Origin: Armatimonadota bacterium | GTDB lineage: Bacteria; Armatimonadota; UBA10988 | Direction of reading: 5' to 3' | DNA: 64,000 bases | Assembly (NCBI GenBank): GCA_016235455.1 | Contig: JACRKZ010000166.1 | Coordinates: 12,237 to 76,236, forward strand | Part shown: positions 18,315 through 27,363 of the stretch, piece by piece | Numbering within the stretch: the stretch's first letter is position 1 | How the letters are laid out: each line of letters starts with the position of its first letter | Position numbers and translations under genes: made by a program | Notes under the pieces: model-generated | Databases searched by the model: none | What the model was told of the DNA's origin: nothing | The model's input: the letters and a program-made list of their open reading frames with translations, nothing else

Positions 18315-18833
18315 ATGAAGAGCCCGCTCAAGTGGACCGCGCTGGCTGGCGTGGTGCTGATAGCTGCTATCGCGACGGCGGTCACGACGCCGGCACCCCT
18401 GCCCTGGAGTGCCACGGCCGGCAAGCCCAAGGTGGAGCCCGGTAGCACGACTGGCTGCTTCCTGTGGAGTGACAAGGACACGGTCACGGTGATGACGACC
18501 ACGCAGAGCAAGAAGGGACTGCGCTGGAACGGCCGCATCGAGGTGCGCGGTGCCACCATCGTCGCGCCGCGCGGCATGAAGGACGAGAAGCGTGACGGCT
18601 TCAGCCAGCCCAAACCCAACGTGCTGGAGTTCAGCTTCGACACCCATACCAACGTCGACGGTGTGAAGTTTGGCCTGAAGCCCGACCCCAAGGCCACCCC
18701 CTCGGGCGACACGCCCAAGCCGGTGCTCTGTGCCGGTGTGAAGCTGGAGGGCAATGTGACGCCGAAGCTGTACTACGGCGCCAAGCCCACCGCCGCTCCG
18801 AGCAACCCGGTGGCCTTCGACCTGACCAGGTGA
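18315..18833 (+). CDS. Secreted hypothetical beta-rich protein
   Basis: AAGGAG RBS, signal peptide and GC3-biased codons; no family recognised. Confidence 0.75.
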   Translation: MKSPLKWTALAGVVLIAAIATAVTTPAPLPWSATAGKPKVEPGSTTGCFLWSDKDTVTVMTTTQSKKGLRWNGRIEVRGATIVAPRGMKDEKRDGFSQPKPNVLEFSFDTHTNVDGVKFGLKPDPKATPSGDTPKPVLCAGVKLEGNVTPKLYYGAKPTAAPSNPVAFDLTR

Positions 18834-18841
18834 TGGCCGTC

Positions 18842-18922
18842 CTGCGCGGCGACGCCAGTCCCTGTGGCGCCGCCACGCAGCGTAGATAGGGCGGGCCGCC
18901 GGCAGGAGTGCCGGCGGCCCGC
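18842..18922. terminator. Double hairpin between convergent genes
   Basis: gcgggccgccggca-ggag-tgccggcggcccgc (18891-18922, perfect 14-bp stem), plus an imperfect hairpin at 18842-18880. Confidence 0.6.
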
Positions 18923-18926
18923 TGGC

Positions 18927-21695
18927 TTATTGCGCGTCGCGGCAGACGGTCGCGTCCGGCACCGCGCCGGGCATGTCGTCCCGCGGCTTGACGGCCAGTT
19001 GCTGCCGTACCGGCGCGAACACGGCCAGGATGGCCTGATAGTCCGGGTCACTGGTGCCCGCGAAGACTGCCTGACCGCACTTGCCGCTGCCGCCCTGGGC
19101 TTTGGCCAGCGGCGCGGCAGCGAAGCCGTTGAGTTCGGGCCGGTCGAGCCGGGTCCATACCGGCCGCGGCAGCGACTGCGCATGGCACGAGGCGCAGCGC
19201 CGCTGGCGTACGTCGGCCAGCACCTTGTCGAGCCCAGCGGGATAGATGCGGCGGCAGCCGACGGCCAGCGGGTAGGCGGTCTCGCTGGTGCCGTAGTAGG
19301 GCACGTTGAGGTCGATCCAGCTCAGGATGCGTTGCCGCTCGCCGGCCTCGAGCTTCACCCGGGCCTGGCCGTCGGCGCCGGCATGGCCGCCGATGACGAT
19401 GTCGGCCAGCCGGCTGCGCGGCGAGCCCCAGGCGCGCGGCGTGATCTCCAGGATGTTGGCCTCCTGGCCGTTGTAGGTGGGGATCCACGACGTGTATGGG
19501 TTGTCCAGCTCGCCCTCGCCGATGGACCGTCTCCCGCGCGCCAGCGTCTCATACGAGACGTTGAAGAAGTCGGTCTTGTCGCCGGCCAGATCGACCCCGC
19601 CCGCGGGCGCCACGCCGTCATGGCAACTCACACAATGCCGGTCCAGCACCGGCTGCACCACCGACGCGTAGTCGAAGCCGACGCCTTGGCCCCAGTCGGG
19701 AGGCGTGAGCGCCGCGGGAGGCGAGGCCAGCGCCGACGGTCGACGTGGCGGCGTGGTCGTCGTGCGCTGCTCGTGACAGCCGACGCAACCTTGCGTCTCG
19801 CCCGGCATGAGGTGGGTGAAGGTCCTCATGCGCTGGACGGCACGGCCTTCGGCGTCGAGCGCCATGAAGTAGATGGGTACGCCCGCGGGCACCTGGAAGT
19901 GCGCCGAGCCGTCGTCGGCCACGGGTGCGAAGCCCCAGACCTTCTTGCCCGCGTAGGTTGCGCCGCAGGAGATCACCGGGAACTGGAACCCGAAGGCGCG
20001 GTTGGCCACGTCGGTGCGGACCGGCTTCTCCATCTCCTGCACCACGGCGATGCGCTTCACCTCGCCGCGCTTCACCACTGGCTCCAACCCGCGATAGACG
20101 TCCTCGACGAACATCGTGGCCCACCCGCCCACGCCCGCCGACGCTGGTTCTGACAACTTCGTGGCGATGGCCGGCACCGCCCGCGCTCGCACCGGCGCGG
20201 CGTTGTGGAAGCCCATGCCGTCGCGCGGCGCGACCACCTCGGCTTCGCTGGTGCGGGCATAGTCGCGCAGCAGCACGGTGCCATCGCGCGACACCAGGTA
20301 CCACTGGTCGTCGAGCGGGTAGGGTGTGGCATAGGGCCCGCGGATGTGGTTGCCGCTGCCCTGGTCGACCTTGCCGGCATCGATCTCGGGCGTGAGGTTG
20401 GTCAGCGCGGCCTGGGTGTTGTCGCCGTAGCCACGGTCGATCAGCCCGATGGCGCCGCGAGCCGGGCCGTTGTGCGCGGTCAGCGTGCACAACACCTTGG
20501 TGCTGCCGGGCACCGCGCGAGCTTCCATGATGGTGGCGGGACTGAGCACGCGATTGCCCCAGAATCCGGCCAGACCCGTGCCGTCGGGACTGATGGTCCA
20601 CAGGCTCTGGATGGGGATGGCCGGCCGGTCGACGTATTCCCACCGGGAGTAGATGATACGCCCGTCGTTCAGCACGCTCGGCGTGAAGTCGTTGACCAGA
20701 TTGGCGCTCAGCCGACGCGCATCGCTGCCGTCGGCGTTCATCCTGAACAGCAGGCCGACGGGCGACACCCAGCAGTAAGCGAACCGGGCCGCGCGCGTGG
20801 ACAGGAAGGCGATGCCGCCATCCGGCAGCCAGCAGCCGTTGTAGTCATGCCAGCGGCCGGTGGTCAGTTGCCGGAGTCCGGTGCCGTCGGCGGCGACGGT
20901 CCACAGGTGATAGCCCTGGTCGGTGGCCTGGCGCCAACTGAAGAGGATGGTCCGCGCGTCGGGCGAGACGTCGCAGTCGAGGATCTGCCCCGCGCCGGCG
21001 TCGACCAGCCGTGTCATCGCACCGTCGGGCTCGCGCCGCCACAGGCCGCCGCCGGCCCGGAAGCCCTCGGTGTGGTAGGTGTAGACGTGGCTGGAATCGA
21101 TGGGGTAGCGCTGCACCATGACCAGCGGGTCGAGCTTGACCGGGAGTTCGGCCAGCGCCTTGACATCGAGCGTCGACTCGCCGGGCAGCGAGCGCTTGGG
21201 CGCCGGCGTGGCAAAGACCATGATCTCCGATGCGCCGGGGTTGGAGCCGCCATAGGAGCTGCCAAAGACGAAACGGAGCGACTTGGTGACCACTGGCTGG
21301 GCCAGCGTGATCCGCTGCGGGTCGCTGCGCTGCCGGAACTGGCCTGCAGCCAGTTCCTTACTGTCCGCGTCGAGCAGCCGATAGCCCTGCCAGGCTTCGG
21401 CCATCTCCCAGGCGTTGCGCGCGTAGTAGACCACCTCGGCCACGGTGACCGGCTCGGGCCAGGTCAGTGTGAACTCGGCGCCCTGCCGATGCGTGCTCCC
21501 GTTGACCGCCCAGGCCCGGCCGACGTCGTCGTGCGAGCCCGCGCCGGGAATGACGCCGTCGATGGCGCGGTCGGCGCCGTAGGTGTCGTTGAACGCCGAC
21601 GTGGCGGTCGCCGTGGCGTGACGAGCCAGGTTCTCGGGCATCTCGGCGGCGGTCAGGCCGCCGAGCGACAGCAGGCAAGCGATCAATGCGCGCAT
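18927..21695 (-). CDS. Secreted HzsA-related tri-haem c propeller protein with N-terminal discoidin (F5/8C, CBM32-like) domain
   Basis: Signal peptide; ENLARHATATA..AIDG..GASEIMV discoidin; WLPDGGIAFLSTR, DGRIIYSRWEYVDR; DGSAHFQVPAG..ALDAEGRAVQRMRTF..PGETQGCVGCH; CVSCH; CASCH. Confidence 0.85.
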   Translation of the reverse strand: MRALIACLLSLGGLTAAEMPENLARHATATATSAFNDTYGADRAIDGVIPGAGSHDDVGRAWAVNGSTHRQGAEFTLTWPEPVTVAEVVYYARNAWEMAEAWQGYRLLDADSKELAAGQFRQRSDPQRITLAQPVVTKSLRFVFGSSYGGSNPGASEIMVFATPAPKRSLPGESTLDVKALAELPVKLDPLVMVQRYPIDSSHVYTYHTEGFRAGGGLWRREPDGAMTRLVDAGAGQILDCDVSPDARTILFSWRQATDQGYHLWTVAADGTGLRQLTTGRWHDYNGCWLPDGGIAFLSTRAARFAYCWVSPVGLLFRMNADGSDARRLSANLVNDFTPSVLNDGRIIYSRWEYVDRPAIPIQSLWTISPDGTGLAGFWGNRVLSPATIMEARAVPGSTKVLCTLTAHNGPARGAIGLIDRGYGDNTQAALTNLTPEIDAGKVDQGSGNHIRGPYATPYPLDDQWYLVSRDGTVLLRDYARTSEAEVVAPRDGMGFHNAAPVRARAVPAIATKLSEPASAGVGGWATMFVEDVYRGLEPVVKRGEVKRIAVVQEMEKPVRTDVANRAFGFQFPVISCGATYAGKKVWGFAPVADDGSAHFQVPAGVPIYFMALDAEGRAVQRMRTFTHLMPGETQGCVGCHEQRTTTTPPRRPSALASPPAALTPPDWGQGVGFDYASVVQPVLDRHCVSCHDGVAPAGGVDLAGDKTDFFNVSYETLARGRRSIGEGELDNPYTSWIPTYNGQEANILEITPRAWGSPRSRLADIVIGGHAGADGQARVKLEAGERQRILSWIDLNVPYYGTSETAYPLAVGCRRIYPAGLDKVLADVRQRRCASCHAQSLPRPVWTRLDRPELNGFAAAPLAKAQGGSGKCGQAVFAGTSDPDYQAILAVFAPVRQQLAVKPRDDMPGAVPDATVCRDAQ

Positions 21696-21744
21696 GAGGG
21701 TGTCCTCAGACGAGAGTGTGGCAGAGCGCGGTGGCAGACGCAAG

Positions 21745-24198
21745 CTACTTGCCGGCAATGCGCCGTATTGCTTCCACTTCGGCCGGGTCAAACGCTGTCC
21801 CATCGGCCCGCAGCAGGTCGTGATGCCAGACCTTGGGCGCCGGGTCACCGGGCTTGGAGCCCCACGGCATGTAGGTCTGCGTGCGCCCGGCGACCAAGCC
21901 CCAGCAGTAGCTGCCCACCTGCTTCTCCCGCAGCAGTGCCAGATCCGTGGCCCAGCGACTGCCCAGCACACGCGACATCCATTCGGTGCAGAGCAACGGC
22001 CGGCCCTGTGCGGCGAACTCATCGATGGCCGACCGCAGGGCCTGGACGTCGCCGTAACGGTGGAAGGAGACCACGTCCGACAAGGCCAGCATGGTCCTGG
22101 CGCAGCCCGCGGGGCCACCCCACGGCCCGGCGGTCAACGGCTGGCTCGGCGCGGCGGCGCGGGCCCAGCCGAAGGTCGCGGCCAAGAAGGGTTCGCTGCC
22201 ATCGCCATGCGCGCAGTTGCCCGGCTCGTTGTACAGGTCCCAGGCGACAATACGCGGGTCGTCGGCGTGGGTGCCTACCAGATCCTTGACAAACGCCTCG
22301 GGCCCCGCCCATCGGGTCCTGTCGGCGACGATCCCGTGGCCGGGGCTGGGCACCCAGCCGCTGTTGTGGACCCCAGTCACGGGGTCGGGCTGCGGGCCGA
22401 CGCTCGGCTCTCGCCCGGCGAACGCGCAGTCGTCGAACAGCACGGGCATCACGCTCTGGCCATGCTTCGCGGCGAGTGCCAGGAAAGCCTCGAAGCGCGC
22501 GCGGAAGCCAGCGGGGTCGTCGGCCCACACCACGTAGTTGAGGAACACGCGCAGCGAGTTGAAGCCCAGACCTTGGGCCCAGCCGAGTTCGCGGTCCATG
22601 GTGGGCTGATCGAAGGTGGCGGCCTGCCACATCTCGACATCGTTCACGGCGCTGGATGGCAGGTAGTTGCAGCCGACCAGCCAGCCCGCGCGCGCCGACC
22701 ACTGCGCGGCGCGTTCCGTTGTCCACCGCGTCGCGGGCAGCGGCTCGGCGGCCACCAACTGCACGTAGGCATCGGTCGCATCGGCCCGCTTGTCGCCGGT
22801 CACGCTAACCACGAGCTCATGCTGGCCAGGGGCCAGCCCGGTCAGCCGGTGACGCTGGTTCCAGGCCACGGTGGGGCCAAAGGTGTCCAGCGGAGGCAGA
22901 TCGCGGCCGTCGAGCGCGAGGCCGGCGATGCCGCAGTCCGGGCCGGACTTGTGCACCAGAGCCAGGCCGGTTCCCGCAAACCTGATCCTGGCTGTGCCAC
23001 CGGCCTCGCGGCAGAAATGCAGCGCGCCACCCAACGGGCCGCTGCCTGTCCAGCGTGTCCAGCCGTCGCCGAAGGCGATGCCGGCGTCGTCGTGCGCGGG
23101 CAGGCCAGGCCTGGTCTGCATCTGGCGGTAGTCGCGGTGGGCGAAGTCGAGCGCGGTGTCGTGCGTCAGCGCTCGAATGGCCGTGTGCTCCGCCGGGTCG
23201 TACGGTTGACCATCACGGTGGTACAGGTCGTGAAACCAGACGGCGGGTTGCGGGGCGCCGCGCTTGCTCGACCAGCCGAACTGGCATTGGGTGCGGCCGT
23301 TGACCAGGCCCCAACTCAGGCAACCGACACCTTCGTCGCGCAGCAGCGACAGGTCGGTCGACCAGACGCTGCCGAGGGGCCTCGCCATCCATTCGGTGCA
23401 GACCACCGGCCGGCCGTGGCGCTTGAAGCGCTCGATGGCCGAACGCAGGCCGTCGCGGTTGCCGTAACAGTGAAAGCTGACGATGTCCGACAGCTCGATC
23501 TGCCGCTGGCTGAGGGCGGCCGACGCACCCCATGGCCCCATGGTCAACGGCTGGCTTGGCCGCGACTCGCGTGCCCAGGTGAAGGTGGCCTCAACCAGGG
23601 GCAGGCTGCGGTCACCCAGGCCGCTGTTGCCCGGCTCGTTGTACAGGTCCCACAGCACGACGCGGGGGTCCTGGCCGAAGCGGCCGACCATGGCCCGCAC
23701 GTACTTCTCGAGGTCGGGCCAGGCGCCGCGGTCCTCGACGGCGCGGAGGCCAGGACTCGGTGTCCAGCTCGGCAGGATCATGCCGGGGACAGGTTCGCGT
23801 TGCGGGCCGAGGTGGGGCTCGGTGACCGGTGGGTCGCCAAAGCTGCAGTCGTCGAACAGCACGGGCATGACACGGATGTGGTGCCGGTTGGCTATTGCCA
23901 GAAACTGGTCGAAGCGCCGCTCGGTGCCAGCCGGGTCATCGTGCCACACCAGGTACTGCACAAACACCCGCACAACATTGAAGCCGAGCGTCTGCGCCCA
24001 GCCCAGCTCGCGGTCGATGGTCACGGCGTCGAAGGTGGCAGCCGACCAGAATTCGGTCGTGTTGGCCGCGCTCGAAGGCACGTAGTTGCAGCCCACCAGC
24101 CACGGCTGCGCGCGATACCACTCCCAGGCGCGTTCGGCCGGCCAGGTGGTCGGACCAGCCAGCAGGCTGGACATGATCAGGGGCACGGCGGGGGTCAT
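21745..24198 (-). CDS. Tandem double GH5-like glycoside hydrolase with a central beta-sandwich module
   Basis: Two copies of GCNYxP / WDLYNEP / CTEWM / WGLVxGRTQ, separated by a roughly 130-aa domain. Confidence 0.87.
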   Translation of the reverse strand: MTPAVPLIMSSLLAGPTTWPAERAWEWYRAQPWLVGCNYVPSSAANTTEFWSAATFDAVTIDRELGWAQTLGFNVVRVFVQYLVWHDDPAGTERRFDQFLAIANRHHIRVMPVLFDDCSFGDPPVTEPHLGPQREPVPGMILPSWTPSPGLRAVEDRGAWPDLEKYVRAMVGRFGQDPRVVLWDLYNEPGNSGLGDRSLPLVEATFTWARESRPSQPLTMGPWGASAALSQRQIELSDIVSFHCYGNRDGLRSAIERFKRHGRPVVCTEWMARPLGSVWSTDLSLLRDEGVGCLSWGLVNGRTQCQFGWSSKRGAPQPAVWFHDLYHRDGQPYDPAEHTAIRALTHDTALDFAHRDYRQMQTRPGLPAHDDAGIAFGDGWTRWTGSGPLGGALHFCREAGGTARIRFAGTGLALVHKSGPDCGIAGLALDGRDLPPLDTFGPTVAWNQRHRLTGLAPGQHELVVSVTGDKRADATDAYVQLVAAEPLPATRWTTERAAQWSARAGWLVGCNYLPSSAVNDVEMWQAATFDQPTMDRELGWAQGLGFNSLRVFLNYVVWADDPAGFRARFEAFLALAAKHGQSVMPVLFDDCAFAGREPSVGPQPDPVTGVHNSGWVPSPGHGIVADRTRWAGPEAFVKDLVGTHADDPRIVAWDLYNEPGNCAHGDGSEPFLAATFGWARAAAPSQPLTAGPWGGPAGCARTMLALSDVVSFHRYGDVQALRSAIDEFAAQGRPLLCTEWMSRVLGSRWATDLALLREKQVGSYCWGLVAGRTQTYMPWGSKPGDPAPKVWHHDLLRADGTAFDPAEVEAIRRIAGK

Positions 24199-24253
24199 GG
24201 CGGCGGCTCCATTGCGCTGCCAGTTCGAGCGCGGGCGCGCGCCTCCTTCACGC

Positions 24254-24282
24254 TTGACGCCACGCCCCTCCTTGCCTAGAGT
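24254..24282 (+). promoter_or_regulatory. Sigma70-type promoter
   Basis: TTGACG-N17-TAGAGT, upstream of GGAGG and ATG 24306. Confidence 0.55.
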
Positions 24283-24305
24283 TGAGGGTGTCAGGGAGGT
24301 CAGCC

Positions 24306-25760
24306 ATGGTCAGGCGTACCGCTGTGCTGGTGGTTGGAGGTCTGCTGCTGCTCGGCGCGGCCCGGGCACAGGTGGTGTTCCCGCAGTTCGCCTTCCCGGC
24401 CAAAGTCGCGGGCGGGCATATCGTCTTCAGTCGCCTGATGCCCGTCAAACTGGCGGCTGGGGGGCTCACGGCCGACACCATCGTCTCCAAGCTGTTCGTC
24501 ATGAACGGCGACGGCACGAACCCGCAGCCGTTCCTGGTCACGGCCGACCTGACCCAGTTCAAGGAGCCGCGCTGGTCGCCGCAGTTCGACCGGCTGGCCT
24601 TCAGCTCCAACTTCGCCAGCTCGCGCTCGGCCTGCATGACCGACATTTTCGAGGCACGAGCCGGCGGCGTGGTGCGTCGCGTGACCGGCAACGACCTGGT
24701 CGGCGCCGCGCCCATCGGCTATGGGTCGGTGGTCGGCCGCGTTGACCCGCAGTTCAAGGACGACCCCACGGCTGTGCATAAGGGCGGCGAGATCAGCGTC
24801 ACCGCCCAGGGCATGGACGGCGCGGTGGTGCATCCGTCGCTGACCGACAACAGCTTCACGCTGCCCCGCGTCGCCGCGGGCGACACGGTGTGGGTCAAGG
24901 TCTGGGTCACGGAGCGGCTGGGCACGCTGACCATGATCAAGGTGCGCCCCGGCGAGGTCACCAACATCGGCACGGTCAAGCTCAACGAGGGCACGTTCAC
25001 CGCCTCCAAGCCCAGCCTCTCGGTGGGCGGGCAGCATGTGGTCGGCATGGGCGGGCTGACTCAGGTGGCGTTGACCGACAACCCCATCGGCGGGGTGATC
25101 GGCGAGACGGTGCCGGGCTTCCAGGCGGGCAAGCAGAAGACGATCAGCGGCGCCGAGAGCATTTGTGTCTACGAAGGCCGCACCGGCGCGCTGCTGGGCA
25201 GTATCGACCTGGGCAAGCTGGGCTACGAGCAGGCCAAGGAACCGGCGCTGTCGCCAGACGGCACGGCCATCGCGTGCGCCTGGGGCAAGATGACGCAGGA
25301 GAACCTGGCGCTGGTGCCCGTGGCCAGCGTGCTGGCCAATGCTCCCGCGCCGAAGGTGCTGGTGCCGGGCCAGATGCTCATGTTCCAGCCCGGTGCGCCG
25401 ATGATCGGCTGTGGCGGGCCGGTCTGGTCGCCCGACGGCAAGCGCCTCGCCTTCACCCGCACCATCGTCATCGGCGATGGTACGGTCAGCGCGGGCATCT
25501 GGGTGGTCAACGTCGACGGCTCCGGCCTGAAGGAAGTGGCCGCCCAAGGGCTTGAACACCTGTGCTGTCAGCCCTGCTTCTCGCCTGATGGCACGAAGCT
25601 GGCGTTCACGGCGCTGACCGGCCGGCGGGGCCCGCTGAAGGTCGAGCAGCTCATCGCATCGCAGTTTGGTCTGGACATCTTCAGCGTGGATCTGGCCTCG
25701 GGCAAGCAGACGCGGCTCACGCAGGATGGCGCGAGCTGCGAGCCGGCCTGGGGGCCGTAG
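24306..25760 (+). CDS. Secreted TolB-like/PD40 protein with an inserted small beta-sandwich
   Basis: EPRWSP, PALSPDG, PVWSPDGKRLAF, PCFSPDGTKLAF and EPAWGP. Confidence 0.8.
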   Translation: MVRRTAVLVVGGLLLLGAARAQVVFPQFAFPAKVAGGHIVFSRLMPVKLAAGGLTADTIVSKLFVMNGDGTNPQPFLVTADLTQFKEPRWSPQFDRLAFSSNFASSRSACMTDIFEARAGGVVRRVTGNDLVGAAPIGYGSVVGRVDPQFKDDPTAVHKGGEISVTAQGMDGAVVHPSLTDNSFTLPRVAAGDTVWVKVWVTERLGTLTMIKVRPGEVTNIGTVKLNEGTFTASKPSLSVGGQHVVGMGGLTQVALTDNPIGGVIGETVPGFQAGKQKTISGAESICVYEGRTGALLGSIDLGKLGYEQAKEPALSPDGTAIACAWGKMTQENLALVPVASVLANAPAPKVLVPGQMLMFQPGAPMIGCGGPVWSPDGKRLAFTRTIVIGDGTVSAGIWVVNVDGSGLKEVAAQGLEHLCCQPCFSPDGTKLAFTALTGRRGPLKVEQLIASQFGLDIFSVDLASGKQTRLTQDGASCEPAWGP

Positions 25761-25799
25761 CCGCGAGCGCCAGGCGGCCCCGTCCGACGCCGTCGCGTG

Positions 25800-25808
25800 T
25801 GTTATACT
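25800..25808 (+). promoter_or_regulatory. Extended -10 promoter
   Basis: TG-T-TATACT about 35 nt upstream of ATG 25842. Confidence 0.4.
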
Positions 25809-25841
25809 GACCGACGATCTCATCCGACGGCGGAGTGGCTC

Positions 25842-27359
25842 ATGAGCACTGGACGATGGCGACCCTTTGTGCTGCTGGCGACGCTGGCGCTGAGCGCCTT
25901 GGCGCTGCGCACCGTGGCCCAGGAAGCGGCCAAGCCCAAGGCGGCCCAGAGCAATGCCAGCCTGCTGACCGCGGACCGCGCGGTCATCGACGCCACCAAC
26001 GCCGTCGCCAAGCCGGGCAAGACGACCGCCGCGCCGACCGCGGAGCAGGCCGTCGCCGCCGCGCCGCAGGGCTTTGTGCCGCCTGACCTGGGCAACTACC
26101 AGGTCACGGTCTTCGCCGATGGCGTGGGCCTGGTGCGGCGCGTCGAGGACATCGACCTGTCGGTCGGCCGCAACGAGTTCGCCGTGAGTGAGGTGGCCCG
26201 CCGCATCGACAGCGGCTCGGCTCGCCTGCGTCCGCTGGACGATCCGAACCGCTTCGTGGTGCTCGAGCAGTCGGGCGGAGCGCCGCGCGACGCCAAGCAG
26301 TTGCTCAACGCCGCCGTGGGCCGCGACATCCGCGTCCGCGACGGCGACTACACGGTATCTGGCAAGCTGGTCAGCGTGGACGACGAGGGCGTCATCCTGG
26401 CCGCCGACGGCGAGGTGCATGTGCATCCCAAGGGCCAGGTCATCCTGCCCAAGGAGGCCGCGCTGCCCGACCTGACGCCCAAGCTCTCGTGGATGCTCGA
26501 CACCGAGCGCGCGGGCAAGGCGCCGGCCGAGATCACCTACCTGACCCACGGCCTGACCTGGTCCGCCGACTACGCGGTGACGGTGCTGCCCCAAGGCCAG
26601 TTGGTCAGCTTCGACGCCTGGGTCAACCTCGACAACACCTGCGGTGTCGACTTCGACAACGTCGGCTTCATCTTCGCCGGTGACGCGGCCCTGCCGACGC
26701 CGCCGGCTCCCGCCGCCGGCGCAGCGCCGAACGCGGTGCCCATGGAGTCGGCCGCCGGCAAGCGCTTCTACCTGCCGCGCCGGGCCAGCCTGGCCAACGG
26801 CAGCGCCCGTCGCTACCAACTCGCGCAGGCCACCGCGGCGCGTGGCGCGCTGCGCTACGTGGCCACGGTCGGGCCCGAGGGCCTGCAGGGGCTGCGCTCG
26901 GCGGTGCGGCTGGTCAACAATGGCGCCGCCGGCCTGGGCGTCCCGCTGCCGCCGGGCCCGGTACGCATCTATGCGCCCGACGCGTTGGGCCGCCTGCAGT
27001 TGGTCGGCCGGCAGACGCTGGCCACCGTGTCGCCCGATGCGCCGTTCACCTTCGAACTGGGCGGCGACGCGCCGGAGGGCTTGACCGCCACGGTCGAGAC
27101 CGCCAACGACGGCGGCGCCCTGCGCCGCACGGTCCGCCTGCGCAACCAGCGGGCTGAAGATGCCGCCGTGACCGTCGTCGAGAAGCGCGCCGCCGGCTGG
27201 CAGTTCGTCTCGGCCAGCAGCACGTTCAGCCCGGTCAGCGGTGGTCAGTCGAGCACCGAAGTGACCGTGCCCGCCGGCGGTGCCGTCGAGGTCCGCTACC
27301 AGATCCAATTGCCGGGCGCCCCGACCACGGGAGCTCGCGGACGCGCCGGAGGCGCCTGA
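25842..27359 (+). CDS. DUF4139/DUF4140-type secreted protein
   Basis: VTVFADGVGLVR, ITYLTHGLTWSADY, WVNLDNTCG, GLGVPLPPGPVRIY and VPAGGAVEVRY. Confidence 0.8.
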   Translation: MSTGRWRPFVLLATLALSALALRTVAQEAAKPKAAQSNASLLTADRAVIDATNAVAKPGKTTAAPTAEQAVAAAPQGFVPPDLGNYQVTVFADGVGLVRRVEDIDLSVGRNEFAVSEVARRIDSGSARLRPLDDPNRFVVLEQSGGAPRDAKQLLNAAVGRDIRVRDGDYTVSGKLVSVDDEGVILAADGEVHVHPKGQVILPKEAALPDLTPKLSWMLDTERAGKAPAEITYLTHGLTWSADYAVTVLPQGQLVSFDAWVNLDNTCGVDFDNVGFIFAGDAALPTPPAPAAGAAPNAVPMESAAGKRFYLPRRASLANGSARRYQLAQATAARGALRYVATVGPEGLQGLRSAVRLVNNGAAGLGVPLPPGPVRIYAPDALGRLQLVGRQTLATVSPDAPFTFELGGDAPEGLTATVETANDGGALRRTVRLRNQRAEDAAVTVVEKRAAGWQFVSASSTFSPVSGGQSSTEVTVPAGGAVEVRYQIQLPGAPTTGARGRAGGA

Positions 27360-27363
27360 TACC

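Noticed and set aside
18927-21695. Anammox hydrazine synthase operon
   Set aside because: No hzsB/hzsC nearby, carbohydrate-type N-domains, no Tyr ligand after the first CxxCH, and a heterotrophic gene context.
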